64,000 nucleotides of DNA from assembly GCA_050273025.1 (NCBI GenBank), contig CP158635.1, positions 30,194,001 to 30,258,000 on the forward strand, in the 5' to 3' direction. Origin of the DNA: Cenococcum geophilum (Eukaryota). Both the position numbers and the translations under genes were made by a program. Below are positions 22,849-35,966 of the stretch, piece after piece (position 1 is the stretch's first letter; each line of letters starts with the position of its first letter). The notes below the pieces were generated by a model. The model made no database searches, was not told where the DNA came from, and was given only the letters and a program-made list of their open reading frames with translations.

Positions 22849-25740
22849 CTAGGTAGTACAGGAAATATTAGACTGGCGGCTCTTAGATAATATAGCTCTT
22901 TCGCGTCCTCCTATTTGCTCAATTCTATCCTGTAATTCTTTAGGCAACTCTGTATAATTCTGCCCTTCTGCAATAATAGGAGGCACCCTACTTAGATCTA
23001 CCGCAATAGTTAAAGGATTAATTCTATTATTAACGTAGTAGAAGTATAAGCGGCTATTAAAGCGCTCTATTTTAGCCGCACGCATTAGCTAAAACATATA
23101 CTTGTAGTTTTTAACAGCCCCAATGTAGTAGGAATGCATCTATCTCCTAACTTCGTTCCCGTTGCTATTAAGAAAGAAGATTACAATCTTAAATTACCGC
23201 TAAAGAATCTTATTATTGTTTACCCAAAAGGGTATTAGATAAGGCGGTAATAGTAATAAGCTTAACTGCAGCAGGGAAGCGATATAGAATTACGCTATAA
23301 AAATTGGCATATCCGGATAGTGTACGGGGCGGTGCTTTTAAGTCTTAGTAAGTATCTACTAGCTCTGCCTAGGTTCCTCCTTCTATAACCTTAAGGTTAT
23401 TATAATCGTCCTAAATACTAATAAACTATAGTAATATTAGTTGCTAAGTCCCGATTAAAGGTCCTTTCGCTCTATAAGGAGGGTAAGGTATAGTTATATG
23501 CACGTCTCCTCTTTTATTTAGCTAAGCTACCTAGTCGGTTGTATACTTTTCTATATCTTTAGTTATCTAGTCTTAGTTAATGATCTTATAAATAAATCTA
23601 TCGCCCTTAGTTAATCCTTAGGCCTTAAAATCCTCTTATTATATTTCTAGGTGGTAATATATACTAGGTAGGATAATTATATAATTATCCTTAGTCTTAT
23701 TATCCAGAGAAACGCTTCCTTAAATTATATTAGCACTACGTCCACTGTTTAAAAGAGGGGGAATATTAACGTTAATATAGCGGAAAGCTATAGAGTCTCC
23801 CTTAATAGCGAATTTTATATAATAAGGGTAGGAGATAAGTTACCACTAGCTATTAGGCCTAAGAGCGTAATAGAGACAATAATACTAAGGATCCTGCCTT
23901 ATTAGTTATAGGTAGAGACTATAAACCATCGTTTTTAACTAGCTGTAATTTGGCCGCCTATTAATTAGACGCTAATAATAGCGGTATATATATATGTCTT
24001 TATTAATTATTACTAAGATGCTAAAATCCTACTACTATCTAAACACGTTTGAAACTACAGATCCCTTTTACTTCTATATCTCTTAATTGTCTAATAGTAG
24101 TATCTAATTAAGTAAAGTCTCTTAGTTGTAGGAAAACCTTAGTACTAAGTTATAAATAAACTTATATAGTTTTAAGGAGTTAAACAGATCTAGAGATCTA
24201 TAAGCCTTTTTAATCCAGGAGTATATAGTAGAATTTGTCTTTATAGTACTAAAGTAGTTATAAGCGTAATATATTAAGCGGGGTCTGTAATATAGTGCAG
24301 TATAATTTAAACCCTTTATTGCTTACGTATATATTTAGTAGACCTAATATATCTTTAGATTTAAATTAGCTGCCCTATACTAGCTGCGTAGGAGTTTTAT
24401 TACCTTAGTTAGTTTAATTTTAGTGGTTTAGTTTAGGGACGCCTTAAGATAAGCGGGTACGTTATCTTTGCAGTTATATCCTTGTTTTATATAGAGTACC
24501 GCTATAGTATCTATAGCCTCCTTAATATACTTCACATTATCTCCTAGCTTAATAACATTTTTATTAAATATTAATTTTACTCCTAGCCCTTCTACTTCTA
24601 GGTAAGCAATTATTAGCCCTTTTCTTAGATTTCTTTTTAATAAAGATACTAGCAGCTATAGGGGTAAGCTAATAGGCGTTCTAGCTGTAAGAATGCTCTT
24701 ATTTATAGATAATATAGGTAATCCCTGTTAAAACGGGATTAGTATAATACTAATACCTCCTCCTTAAATAGGTGTTAATGGCTAAAAAGCTAAGGGATTT
24801 ATTATATTAGAAGTATATTATAAATATATTTATAGTATAAAAGCTAAGCTTTCTTCTACTTGTTTAATTCTAACACTAATAACTTCTAGTTCTACGGTAG
24901 CTAGTCTTCTACTTCTTAGCGGTAGGTTCTTATTTGGAACAAGAAAGCTAGTTAAGTATCTTCCTAAATTATACTTCTTTACTACCTAGTCTAATATTAC
25001 CCTTTCTGACATCTTAGGCGTGAGCGCGAAATTAGTTAACTATAGTTAAGTAGTGTTTTTGTAACCAACTACCGGACCTTACATATTACCCTGTTTTACT
25101 AGTATTAGTACCACCTTCGTATGTCTCGGATATAGTTAAAATAACTTATAGGCTTCGGAGTTAGGGGTCTACTTTTATCTATTTACATCACTTGATTTCC
25201 ATAGATTTACAATAAAGTCGCTTATTTAATACCCACACTGCAAAGCTTACAGTTTTTAATACCGCGTCCTAGATAAGTGAGCCTATCGATTAAGGCCTTA
25301 TTAACTTGCGTCATTACTTTATAAAGTGGGTAGACGGTAAGCTTTCGGGCAGTAGAAAGGAAGTGGTAAAAGACTATATATTTAAGTGGTCCGTTAAGAA
25401 TATCTTATTCTTAGGACTTTTAGATAGTTTTTCTAGCTTCGTTATACTAATTTCTTTAATCTTTTGCCATCTTACTAACATTAGAGATATCCTTAAAGAT
25501 TAATAAAAACGCGTCCTTTTCTAAAGATACTTATAACCTATTATTCCGGTTAATAAAATTAACTACTATACTAACAGCATCTGCGTAGTTTTTTTTAAGA
25601 GAGTAGAATCTTGTTATAGATTTAGAGGAGTATTACCTAATTCTAATTATTATAAAGCCTCTAACTTCCGCAAGGATATTACTAATTTATTACTTAGCTC
25701 CTTTATATAGTACGAAAGGCCTATTAGATAAAGATATAAT
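22849..25740 (-). pseudogene. Accessory ORF of Gypsy C, putative 2OG-Fe(II) dioxygenase-like (PhyH-like) protein, RIP-mutated; start approximate
   Basis: One frame over ~25740-23170 once the solo LTR is removed, plus a 1-nt shift near 23170. De-RIP: RQDP.YY.LY.ALRPD..W.LISYPYY.K...GD.TAFRHIDVNIP....GRGANMIQGSVSLD..ILPGMH..GDVRITMPH.PHGA.GP..GTRR.MLPWF. Confidence 0.7.
25060..25251 (+). repeat. Solo LTR related to Copia family D (192 bp)
   Basis: TGTAACC...GCAAAGCTTACA termini, TSD GTTTT; similar to 44052-44257 and 58085-58289. Confidence 0.88.
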
Positions 25741-26515
25741 AAATATACGATTATTAATTCCGTTTAATTTATACTTTAACTAATTATAGCTGCGTTTAAG
25801 GTTTATTAAGGGTAAAAAGGTAAAGTTTTAAAAGGGTTTCCTAATCTAAATAGTCTACTAAATTTAGGTAGCAGTGTAGAGTTTTACCAGCTCTAATTAT
25901 TAAATAGACTAATTATAATTTTCTATCCCTGGGATGGAAAATTACTATTAGCCTAGTAAAGGCGGTAAACAGAACTAATATCTTTATAGTAAATAATACT
26001 AGATAGTTATATATAAATATTCTTCTGCCCTTACCTTATTGTTAATATATATTAAATTCCTATAATAAAAAAATCAAATAAGAAAGTGTAATAGAAAGAG
26101 CTTTAGAAAATATAGTAACTAAACAGATAGATTATACGGCTATTATTTATATTTTCTCCCTTACCTTAGAACTTAACTATCCCCTAGTTAAATATTTTCT
26201 ACTTAGTTATATTAAACGATCTTTCTAAAACGCGTACTTCTTAAACTATATGGCTTTATAATACTGGTAGATTTTATATAGCATCTTCCTTAGGTTCTGG
26301 CTCTGCTATTATTTCTTATAGTATAGTTCTGCCTAACTAGTTAAGCTAGTCTTTCTAGCGGACTTTAGATATCTCTCGTTAATAAAACTTCTTTAATCTA
26401 TTCCCTAGAGTTTAATTACAAAACAGCGTGCCGTTAAGATCCTTAATTAAGTACTATCCTTTATAAGAGTAACTCTTACGTATATAGAATGGGCATAGCT
26501 ATTTTAGATCTAACT

Positions 26516-28453
26516 TATAACTACTATAATATTTATACAGCCTTTACTTATAGAGAGGTTAATAATAAAATTAATTAAGACGTCCTTCTATCTTTAGTCT
26601 GGAATAGGTAATGGCTTTAGAAGGCCATTATACGTCTTATATAAAGCTTTAGCTTATCAGTAGATATAGTAGCTAAAGATATACCTTTATGTTATATTAT
26701 ACATATTTAGCCAATAATACTCCTATTAGAGTAGCTTTAGGGTTTTTTCTTAGCCTAGGTAGCTGGCTACTAGTAAGTTATATATATATTTAAGGAGCTT
26801 AAGCTTAAGTTTATTATAATTAGGGATAATTAAGCGGTTTCTATAAGCTTTATATTTACTTAAAAAGATCTTCTTAAAGCGTCTAACGCCATTATAGATT
26901 AGCTTAAGCGTTTCTTAAATAAACTTATTATTTAGGTATTTATTAATTATAATCTGTTTAATTAATTAATTAGTTATTTTAAGGACGTATACTATAAGGT
27001 CTTTAGTAAAAGGTTTAAATAGTTTAGGATAAAGTAGGGTCTAGTTTTAGTAAGAGCGCGCTTTTTTTAGTGGTAGTACGTCTTATAAGCATTAGGTTAG
27101 AGTATTAGGCTTCTAACCTTAAACGCCTAGGCGGTATATAATTAAGAATTGGAAATAGGATAGATATTCTAACTAGTAGGCCTAATAATGACTTAGCTAT
27201 TCTATAGTCGTAAAGTATTATAGATTCTTATAGTTGCTAAGGACCTTAATTAGAAATCTGGCGCCTTCTAGTTTGGGTTACTATTATTTAAAATATCTAA
27301 TAATAGCTAGTAATTCCTTATTATAGATTTTATAGTTATATTTAGCTAGGCTTAATTATTTTAAAAAGTATACTATAGGGTATAATACTCTATCCTTGTT
27401 ATATTAAGATAGAATACCTCCTATAATATAATTAGATAAATTAACTTCTATAACACTTATTTGGTTTAAGTTAAAGTATTAAAGTATAGATATAGTAGTA
27501 AATATAACCTTTAGATAAGTAAAAGCCTTTTTATATTTATTATTAAAGATAAAGGCTTTATTCCTTTAGGTTAAATCTATAAGGGGTAAAACTAGGACAG
27601 AGAAGTTATTAATAAACCGTTAGTAGAAATTAGCAAATCCTATAAATAGTCTTACGTCCTTAACGTTCTTGGGTTCTTACTAGTTTATAATTACTTTAAC
27701 TTTCTTTAGGTCTATTTATATACTATTTATAAAAATAAAAAGCCTAAAGTATAGAACTTCTATTTTATAGAATTTGTATTTATCTATATCTAATTATAGA
27801 CTAGCTCTATATAGGGCTTATAAAACAAAATTAATATATTTCTAATATCTAGTTAGGTTATTACTATATATTAGTATATTATTAATATAAGCTATATAAA
27901 AGATGTCTAGGTAGGGATATAAGGTATTATTTATATAATATTAAAACAAGCTTAGGGCGTTTATAAGGCTAAATAGTATTACTAAATACTTAAATAATCT
28001 ATTACGAGTATAAAATGCAATAAGCTATTTATCTCCTTTTATAATATAGAGGCGGTTAAATACAGAGATAATATTAAGCTTTGTATAGTAGCGAGCCTTG
28101 CTTAGTTAATTTAGCGTCCCCTATATTAATGGAATTGGATATTACTTCTTAACAGTAATAGTACTAAGTGCTTAATAGTCTATATAGAAGCGCAGACTGC
28201 ACTAGGTTTCTTAATAAAGATTACTAATATAGCTACGGGCGAAGAGGTTGCTTTAATAAATCCCTTACTTAGGTTCTTATCTAGATACTTCTATAACGCT
28301 TAAAGTTTATTTTAGGATATTCTATATGGGGGTCTAAATCTAGGCTACTTTCCTTTTTTAAGTACAATCTTATAGTTATATAGTTGGTATTCTAGTAGCT
28401 TATTAGCTTCCTTTTATAAAAATGCATCTAGGCGTTTATAATACTCTACTAGT
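26516..28453 (-). pseudogene. Family A pol (RT, RNase H, integrase N-terminal part)
   Basis: Minus-strand LRFC.DY, PFSL.NA, Y(I)DDIL.YS and GFANFY motifs. Confidence 0.85.
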
Positions 28454-28919
28454 TGTTACGGACGCTTTAAGTACGATGTTACGACTACTTGGAGAAGAGT
28501 TGGAAGAAGCTAGTTGGTTAATACAAGCACGGTCTAGGATGGAACCCGTGGAACCATGTGACAAGGAATGGTAAGTAGAGTTACGTGATGTGATCTGTAT
28601 AATCTGTGTAATCTGTGAGATCTATAACAGAGCAAATAGAGCAGACAGAGCAGACAGAGCAACGACTTTCTTAGGAGTATGGTTATGTATTTAAGGACCC
28701 TTAGTCCCTACCTAGATAGTTCCTTCCTTATAGTGATTCTCAGAATACAATTAGAGCTAATCTATTAGGCAACCACTCTACCAGTTATTATTATGTTATT
28801 AACTTAATTTGTTTCACCTATATACCTAGCCTAATAACAAACCCACCGTAGTACTTACTATAAGGTTCCGTTATATAATTACTACCTAGTTATAGTAATA
28901 AATACAGAAGTCAAATAAC

Positions 28920-31900
28920 ATGCCACTAAAAGCAGCTACTATAACGCTATTAACGGCGGCAACTACTTTAAGGTCAGGAGGTGATACTAGTATAGTAGAT
29001 ACTAACTTATAGCAACCTATAACGGTCGGACAACTACAAAAGATAGTTAATTAGTTAACAGAGAATAACGCGGCATTTAAATAACGGATTAACGGGATAG
29101 GAGTAATAAAGGTTAAGTTACTATCAATTAAAAGATTCTTAGGAGAGAGATTAAAGCTTAAAGGATTCCTTACGTAAATATACTTTAAGGTTACGCAAGA
29201 GGGAGCAAAGCTAGCTATACCTATGGATTAAATAGCGTATACAGGATTGTTCTTATTAGGAAGAGCACTTAAATAGTTTAAGCCTTACCTTATAGAGATA
29301 CAAGCAAATAGAATAATGATAATAAACTAGGAAGTACGGTTTATGTTCTTAAGCTAGAATAGATTTATGGAGCAACTTATATAAATATTCAGAGATCCGG
29401 AGGCAACAACTATAGCGGAAAAAAAACTCTAAGATATTACGTAATAAACCTTAGCCATTAAATATACAATATAGTTCCAAACGTTAGCAATATAAGTTAA
29501 GTAGGATAATAAGGCGCCTATGGCACAGTATAAATAGGGACTTAAGGCTAAAGTCTAGGATATAATCATTCTAATAGAAGATACAGACACCCTAAGGGAA
29601 TTAATAAATTAAGCGATTAAAATTAACAATAGGATCTTCCAAAGGGAACAAACTAAGAAAGGTTAGGATAGAGTTCTACAGTCATATAAGGCGCAGAGCA
29701 CGCAACAACAAAAGCTAAGTTAGAAACTATAGTATAGCGCAAAGCTAATAGACCTAAGCGGTACTAAAGAAGCCCATAAGAGATAGAGCAAGAAACTATA
29801 GAAACCCAGAGGTTAAGGATCTAGTAATTATAGGACTAAAGAGCATAGGCTAAATTAGGGATCTTATTAGCAGAAGACATTTAGGCGGACTCTATAATAA
29901 AGTCAGTGATTTAGAGATAGAGCTTATATAAATTACGGGAAACAAGGTTATTTCACAAGGGATTACAAAAATAGTTAAAGTTACTATATAATAAAGGGAA
30001 CCAGACTAATAGTAAAAGACACACATATATAGAGGGACGATAGTATACTATAAGGAATAAAAGAGTGTTTAATTAGAAGTTTCGCGTTCTGTTATAATAA
30101 CGTATGCCAAATTCATAAAGACGCTAAGTACGGCGTAAGCTATTAGCTATAAGAACCAGAGTTAAGAGAACTTAAAGGGACTTAAGAGTTAGACAAAGAA
30201 TAAGATCAACTCTATAAGCTAGATTAAGATATTATAGCAACGTGCGGATAACAATTAGTAATAATAATAATGGAGTCGGAGTACTTATTAATTAACAGCA
30301 ACAAGGACAGTAAAGGAACCAACTAGGGGTATTTAAACCTTAATAACGCGATAGAAGTAGAGACTAAGACCGCTATAGAGTAAGGTTTAGTAACGGGTAT
30401 TATAACACCATTAGATACGGCATCCATTGCTTTATAAGACGGAAGGAGTAATATCTAAAGACGATTAAGCAAGCAGACGACTGCTAGTGCTAGCTCACCA
30501 CTTAATAAAGGTAAAAGGCCAAAGGCTTAAGATTCTTAAGATAAGATAAAAAATGACCAAGATTCTTAAGATAAGATAAGGCACACCTAAGGACCTATAA
30601 TAGATGAAAACCGATGGAGCAGGGCAGTAGCTTAGTTTAAGAATATACAAATAAGCTCGGGATAAGAGTTTCCTACGGCATAAGACTCTTAAGACAAAAT
30701 AAGTGAGATTTAAGATTTTTAAGATAAGATAAGAATACTATAAACGCCTAGTTAGACTAAGGCGGGAGCTAAGCTTAAGTTAGAAGCGAGCTTAGGATTA
30801 AAAAATCTAAGGGACCAAGATTTTAGAGTATAAATAAGGACACCCATAGGTAAGAGGCAAGGGGCTTCTTTATAGATTAGAGAATCTGCAATATAAACAG
30901 CAGTTAGACTAGGAGACCAATATATAAACCTAGAGGACTTACTAAAAAAACGCAGTGTTCAGCCTAAAGATTAAAAGTTTAATACTAAGATTAGGAAGCA
31001 CGAAGACTTTAAGGATCTACTCATAAAATAAGAAAGAAAAAAAACTATAGAGGAATTTAGAGCGAGAATTACCTTATAGTAAGAACAAAAACTAGATAAG
31101 AGATCTAGCATATTAGGACGTATAAGGGACAAAGCGCTAGTACGAAGAATTACTAATAGGCCAAAAGTAGGCATACTAAGAGCCAAGTGGCTTACTAAAT
31201 TAGAATAAGAAGAGGATCTAGGGATTCTAACTAGGTTTAAGGAATAATATACCAAAGGTTATTATAACGTAGTAATAAAAAAATACTTTCTTATAGATAG
31301 ACCGTATATACTTAAGCAGCTATACTAAAAGTAGTATAGGCAAAGGCACAATAATAAGTGGGAAGATTTCTATATATAGTTAGACGAAAAAGTTATCTAA
31401 GACCACCTGATTATAGAGAAGGCTATAACTTATATTAAGGGAGCCTTAATTATAACGTTAAAGGATTTAGAGGAGTAATTAGAGGACTAGAGAAGCGAAA
31501 GGCAAATCTTAGTACCTATAAATAAAGTCGCAACGCTTAGATTAATATAAGAAAGGTTTAAACTTAAGGATAAAGACAAGCTAAGAGTTAACCCGAAACA
31601 CTAAGCATATTATATACTATTATGGATAGCATATATAGATAATACGTGCAATATATATAGAGCACTAAAGGATAAAAACCAAAAGTATCTAATAAGAATA
31701 TATTAGATAATAGACAAGGCGAAATATTAAAATGCTAAGTATATATATAGTTAGCACCTAGTAGAAGTTTAAGAATAAGGGGACTTAATACTTTAACTAG
31801 GAAGATTCCTTACGGAAGAATGCCTAGGTAGATAACAATGGTAGGAATGTCTAGAGAATACTTATTTATAGTATATTAAAAACAAAAAGCGAACTAAGTA

Positions 31901-34900
31901 TTAGTTTAAGTTAGACTAAGTATAAACAGAATTAAGCAGCTAATAGTTAGGAAAAGTAGAGGCCTATAGGACTAGAGGGAACTAGTAGTAGAGTCTTAGA
32001 CCCTTAAAGGAATTTAAGAATAACACCTAAATTTACGAGTTAAGTAGCAAGATTAGTAGTTTAAGATATTAATAGATAGTGGAGTAATAAGGAACTATAT
32101 CTTGCCAATAGCAATTAAAAGAATAGGGTTACTATATAGATAAAAGGAACATTTTTACCTATTAGTGACAATTTTAGGAGATCTGATAGCCTATAGAGGA
32201 GGTATTATTAATCTTAAAATAGAACCTATTTAGCTAACTATTAAAGGAAAACCAGTTAAGATATCTTTTAATATATTACTATTAGGGAATAACGAGGCAG
32301 TGTTAGAAACGCCTTAGTTACAGGAATATAATCTAAAGATCGATTAGATTATAGGTTAGGTCGATATTAGAGATACTTAATGCTATAAAATACGACAACA
32401 AGCCAAGTTAGTATAGTATTAAGTAGGGGCGACCTATAAAGAAATAGAGAAAGGACTAAGCTATATACTAAAGAGATACCACAAGTACGGTAAAAAACTA
32501 TAGTTACTAGAAAGTGAAAAGCTTTTAGAGTACGTAGTATAGGACTATAAAATAGAATTAAAACTAGGAATAAGTTTAAGGTTCTTTCCAATTTATAAGC
32601 TTACTAAAGAGAAGGGTAGAGCACTTAAAGAGTTTATCTAAGAAAACTTATAAAAGGGATATATCAGACCATCGCAGTCATCAGCGGGTTATCCAGTACT
32701 ATTCGTACTAAAGAAAAATGGCAAACTAAGGCTGTGCATCAACTACAGATAGTTAAATAGTATTACTAGAAAGGATAGGTATCCTTTACCCTTAATTAGC
32801 GAAATCTAAGATAGGATTAGTAATATATAAATCTTTATAAAAATAGATCTAAGATAGGCGTACTATTAAATTAGGATTAAGGAAGGCAATAAATAAAAGG
32901 CAGCCTTTAGGTTAAAGGAAGGACTATATAAGCTATTAGTTATATAATTTAGGCTTATAAATACACTAGCAATATTCTAGAAGCGAATTAATAATATATT
33001 AAGAGAACACTTAGATGAATTTATTATGGTATATCTTAACAATATTATTATCTACTTAATAACTAAGGAAGAACACGGAAAATATATTAAATGGGTTTTA
33101 GAGAGACTATAAAAAGAACAGATGCTAGTAGTAATTAAGAAATACGAGTTCTTCACTAGGAAGACCGATTTTATTAGATTTATTATTAAACTAGGCTAAT
33201 TTAGTATAGATCTAAAGAAGATCGAGGCTATAGTAAATTAGTAAGAACTAGAGAACGTTACGTAGTTAAGATTATTCCTAGGGTTTTACAATTACTATAG
33301 AAGGTTTATAGCGCAATGGTTAAAGGATATTAAGCCATTTACGCAATTAACAAAGAAAGAAGAACTATAGATATAGGGAAAGGAACAATAAGAACTATTT
33401 AAGGAGGTTAAAAGGTTATTTACCTAGGAGCCAGTTCTTAAGATCTATTAACTAGGACTAGAAACGGTTGTAGAAATAAATATATCAGACTTTGTACTAG
33501 GAGTATGCTTTACATAAAGTATCTAGATAAATAGCATCCAGTAGTATACTATAGTTAAAAGATAATACTACTAGAACTAAACTATAACATCTATAATAAG
33601 GAGTTATTAGGTATAGTTATAGCACTAAAGGAATAAAGAGCATTCTTGCAAGGTATAGAGAAACCATTTATAGTTAGGACGGACTATAAGAACCTAATAG
33701 GATTCCTAATAATAAAGGAACTTAACCGAAGATAGGTTAGATGGGCGGAAATACTTATAGAATACTATTTTAAGATTTAGTATACTAAGGGTACGGAGAA
33801 TGTACGAGCAGATACTCTAAGTAGAAAGGCTAAACTATAGAATAACGAAAAGCCATTAGGGGCTTTACTGCGGAAAGATATAGACAGATTAATTAGGTAT
33901 AATTATCCAAAGATTATAACAACTTAAGAAAATAAGTTAGAGAAAGTCTACGAGATACTAGAAAGCTTTTAAGCACAAAGAATTCTAGAGGCACAGCTAG
34001 AAGATCTATAGTTAGATATATACGAGAATTAAAAAGCGAAGTATATCCTAAGAAGCATAGCAGAGCAATTTATAGAAGATTTCCATAAAGGATTAACTTA
34101 AGGATATAACGGAGCTATAGGCTTAGTATTAAGACTCCAGGAGGAGTACATTATTAACGGAATCTAGAGGATAGCTAAAAAGGTTATTAAGGAGTATTTA
34201 GATTACTAAAGGAACAAACTAATAAGATATAAGCCATATAGAGGGCTATAACCTATTAAAATACCAGAGAGACTATAGGAGGTTATATTATAGGACTTTA
34301 TTATTAAGTTGCTAAAATTAAGAGACCCTATTACCGGATAAGATTATAACATAATCTTAGTAATAGTAGATAAGCTTATAAAGTGGGGATACTTTATAGC
34401 ATATATAAAAGAAATCTTAGTGGAAGATATTACTAAAATCTATGTTAAAGAAGTATTCGCAAAATATAAAGCATTAAGTAAGATTATATTGGATAGAAAT
34501 CTAAGATTTATAGTAGTATTCTAGGAAGTGTTCTTAGTAGAGCAAGGAGTTTAAGCAGTAACTTTTACTATATATTATCTATAGACAGACGGTTAAACGG
34601 AAAGATTAAACTAAACACTAGAGCAGTATCTAAGGCACTATATTAATTATGTACAGAATAATTAGATATCGCTATTACTAGTTATATAGTTTGTATATAA
34701 TGCAACACCACAAGAAGGAATAGGCACGTTACTATTTAAGGCGAATTATGGATACAAGCTAAGAATATTATTATCACTATATTAAGTAAAAAAGATAAGT
34801 AGTAAAGCTAGGTAAAGAATAGAGACTTTAATAAATCTTTATGCAGACCTTATAGAGACAGCTAAGGTAGTACAGCAGAAAATAAAGAAATACTATAATG

Positions 34901-35361
34901 CTAAGAGATCTAAGGGACCAGATCTTAAGGAGGGAGATAAAGTATAGCTACTATATAAAAATTTCAAGAGTCGACAACTAAGTAAGAAGTTAGACTATAT
35001 TAAACTAGGACCTTTTAAAATTACATAAAAAATTTTATTAGTCACATTTAAGTTAAACCTACCAGCTAGGATAAAGATCTACCCTATATAGTATATTATA
35101 ATGCTAAAGCCAGTATATAGAGATGTTAAGCTACCGGTCTATAAAGTAGACATATATAGAGGACAAGAAGAAGACAAATAGTAAGTTTTAAAGATCGTTA
35201 GTTATAAGGACGTTAATAATAAAATATAGTACAAAGTAAAGTAGATAGGCTATAATAAGACTACCTAAAAACTACTAAAAAATTTAAAGAACGCTATAAG
35301 AAAGGTATAGGAGTATTAGAAGAGAAAAGGTTAGGCAATATTAATAAAAAAAGATCGCTAA
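28920..35361 (+). pseudogene. B1 gag (extended) and pol with PR, RT, RH, IN and chromodomain
   Basis: CCHC knuckle at ~29926, DSG protease at ~32075, LRLCI(D)YR, YL(DD) at ~33031, HPQTDGQTER-like, and chromodomain Y.VKW.GY..TTWEP after RIP reversion. Confidence 0.9.
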
Positions 35362-35966
35362 AAAATGAGTTACCTAAGGGAAACCTAGGAGGAGCGACTG
35401 CCAAACTACTTAGAGCTGTTTCCTTTACTATAGGAAGAAAGTTAGTTCTTTTATTACCCAGTTCCTATAGACCTTATTTTATAAGTTTCTACTCCTTAAA
35501 ATAAACCTTCTTATAAACCTTCTTAAGACGGATTAACCGAGCAGACGCAGTAAGACGAGAATTAAGGGCACGTTGTTAAGTATCAGCAGCCTCCTTTTTA
35601 GTATCCTAAGAATAATAAAGTTCCGCCAGAGTAACTAATAGCTTATTATTAAGCTTTGCAGCAGCAAATTAAACACAAGACCCTATAATAAATTACTTAG
35701 GGAACTTAAAGACTATTAAGGAAAATAGGACGCGTATATTTAGCGTTAGAGATAGAGCGAACGTTATAGGACGAATAAATGTTTGCTTTAGTGCACTCTA
35801 AATAAGAGGATAGTTGCCGAGACAAAGGACTTACTAACGCAATACAGACTAACCCCTCTTTCGCACAACAAGAATATGGAGATGGTATTATTTTACTAAG
35901 CGACAGTATGGACGAAACTATACGCGCATAATAAAGAGTTAAGGAAGAAGAGGATGCTTTAGGCAT
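35360..35966 (-). pseudogene. Antisense Cys6 + coiled-coil accessory ORF of family B (probably one intron; 3' end approximate)
   Basis: ATG at 35966; de-RIP C-x2-C-x5-C-x13-C-x2-C-x8-C; homologous copies at ~54830-55440 and 62813-63420. Confidence 0.6.

Larger units (their letters stand above)
14065..26524 (+). mobile_element. Ylt1-like Ty3/Gypsy retrotransposon (family C); its 3' portion now lies inverted at 22429-26524
   Basis: 5' LTR from 14065, PBS-like TGGTGCTC near 14385, gag-PR-RT-RH-IN on +. The integrase continues on the minus strand from ~26520, followed by an extra ORF, PPT (~22673-22686) and a partial 3' LTR (22672-22429). Confidence 0.82.

Noticed and set aside
30971..32591. Short hydrophobic ORFs antisense to TE genes (e.g. 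30971-31255, 32367-32591; also 16567-16752, 53284-53466)
   Set aside because: Shadow frames of AT-rich, RIP-mutated gag/pol sequence.
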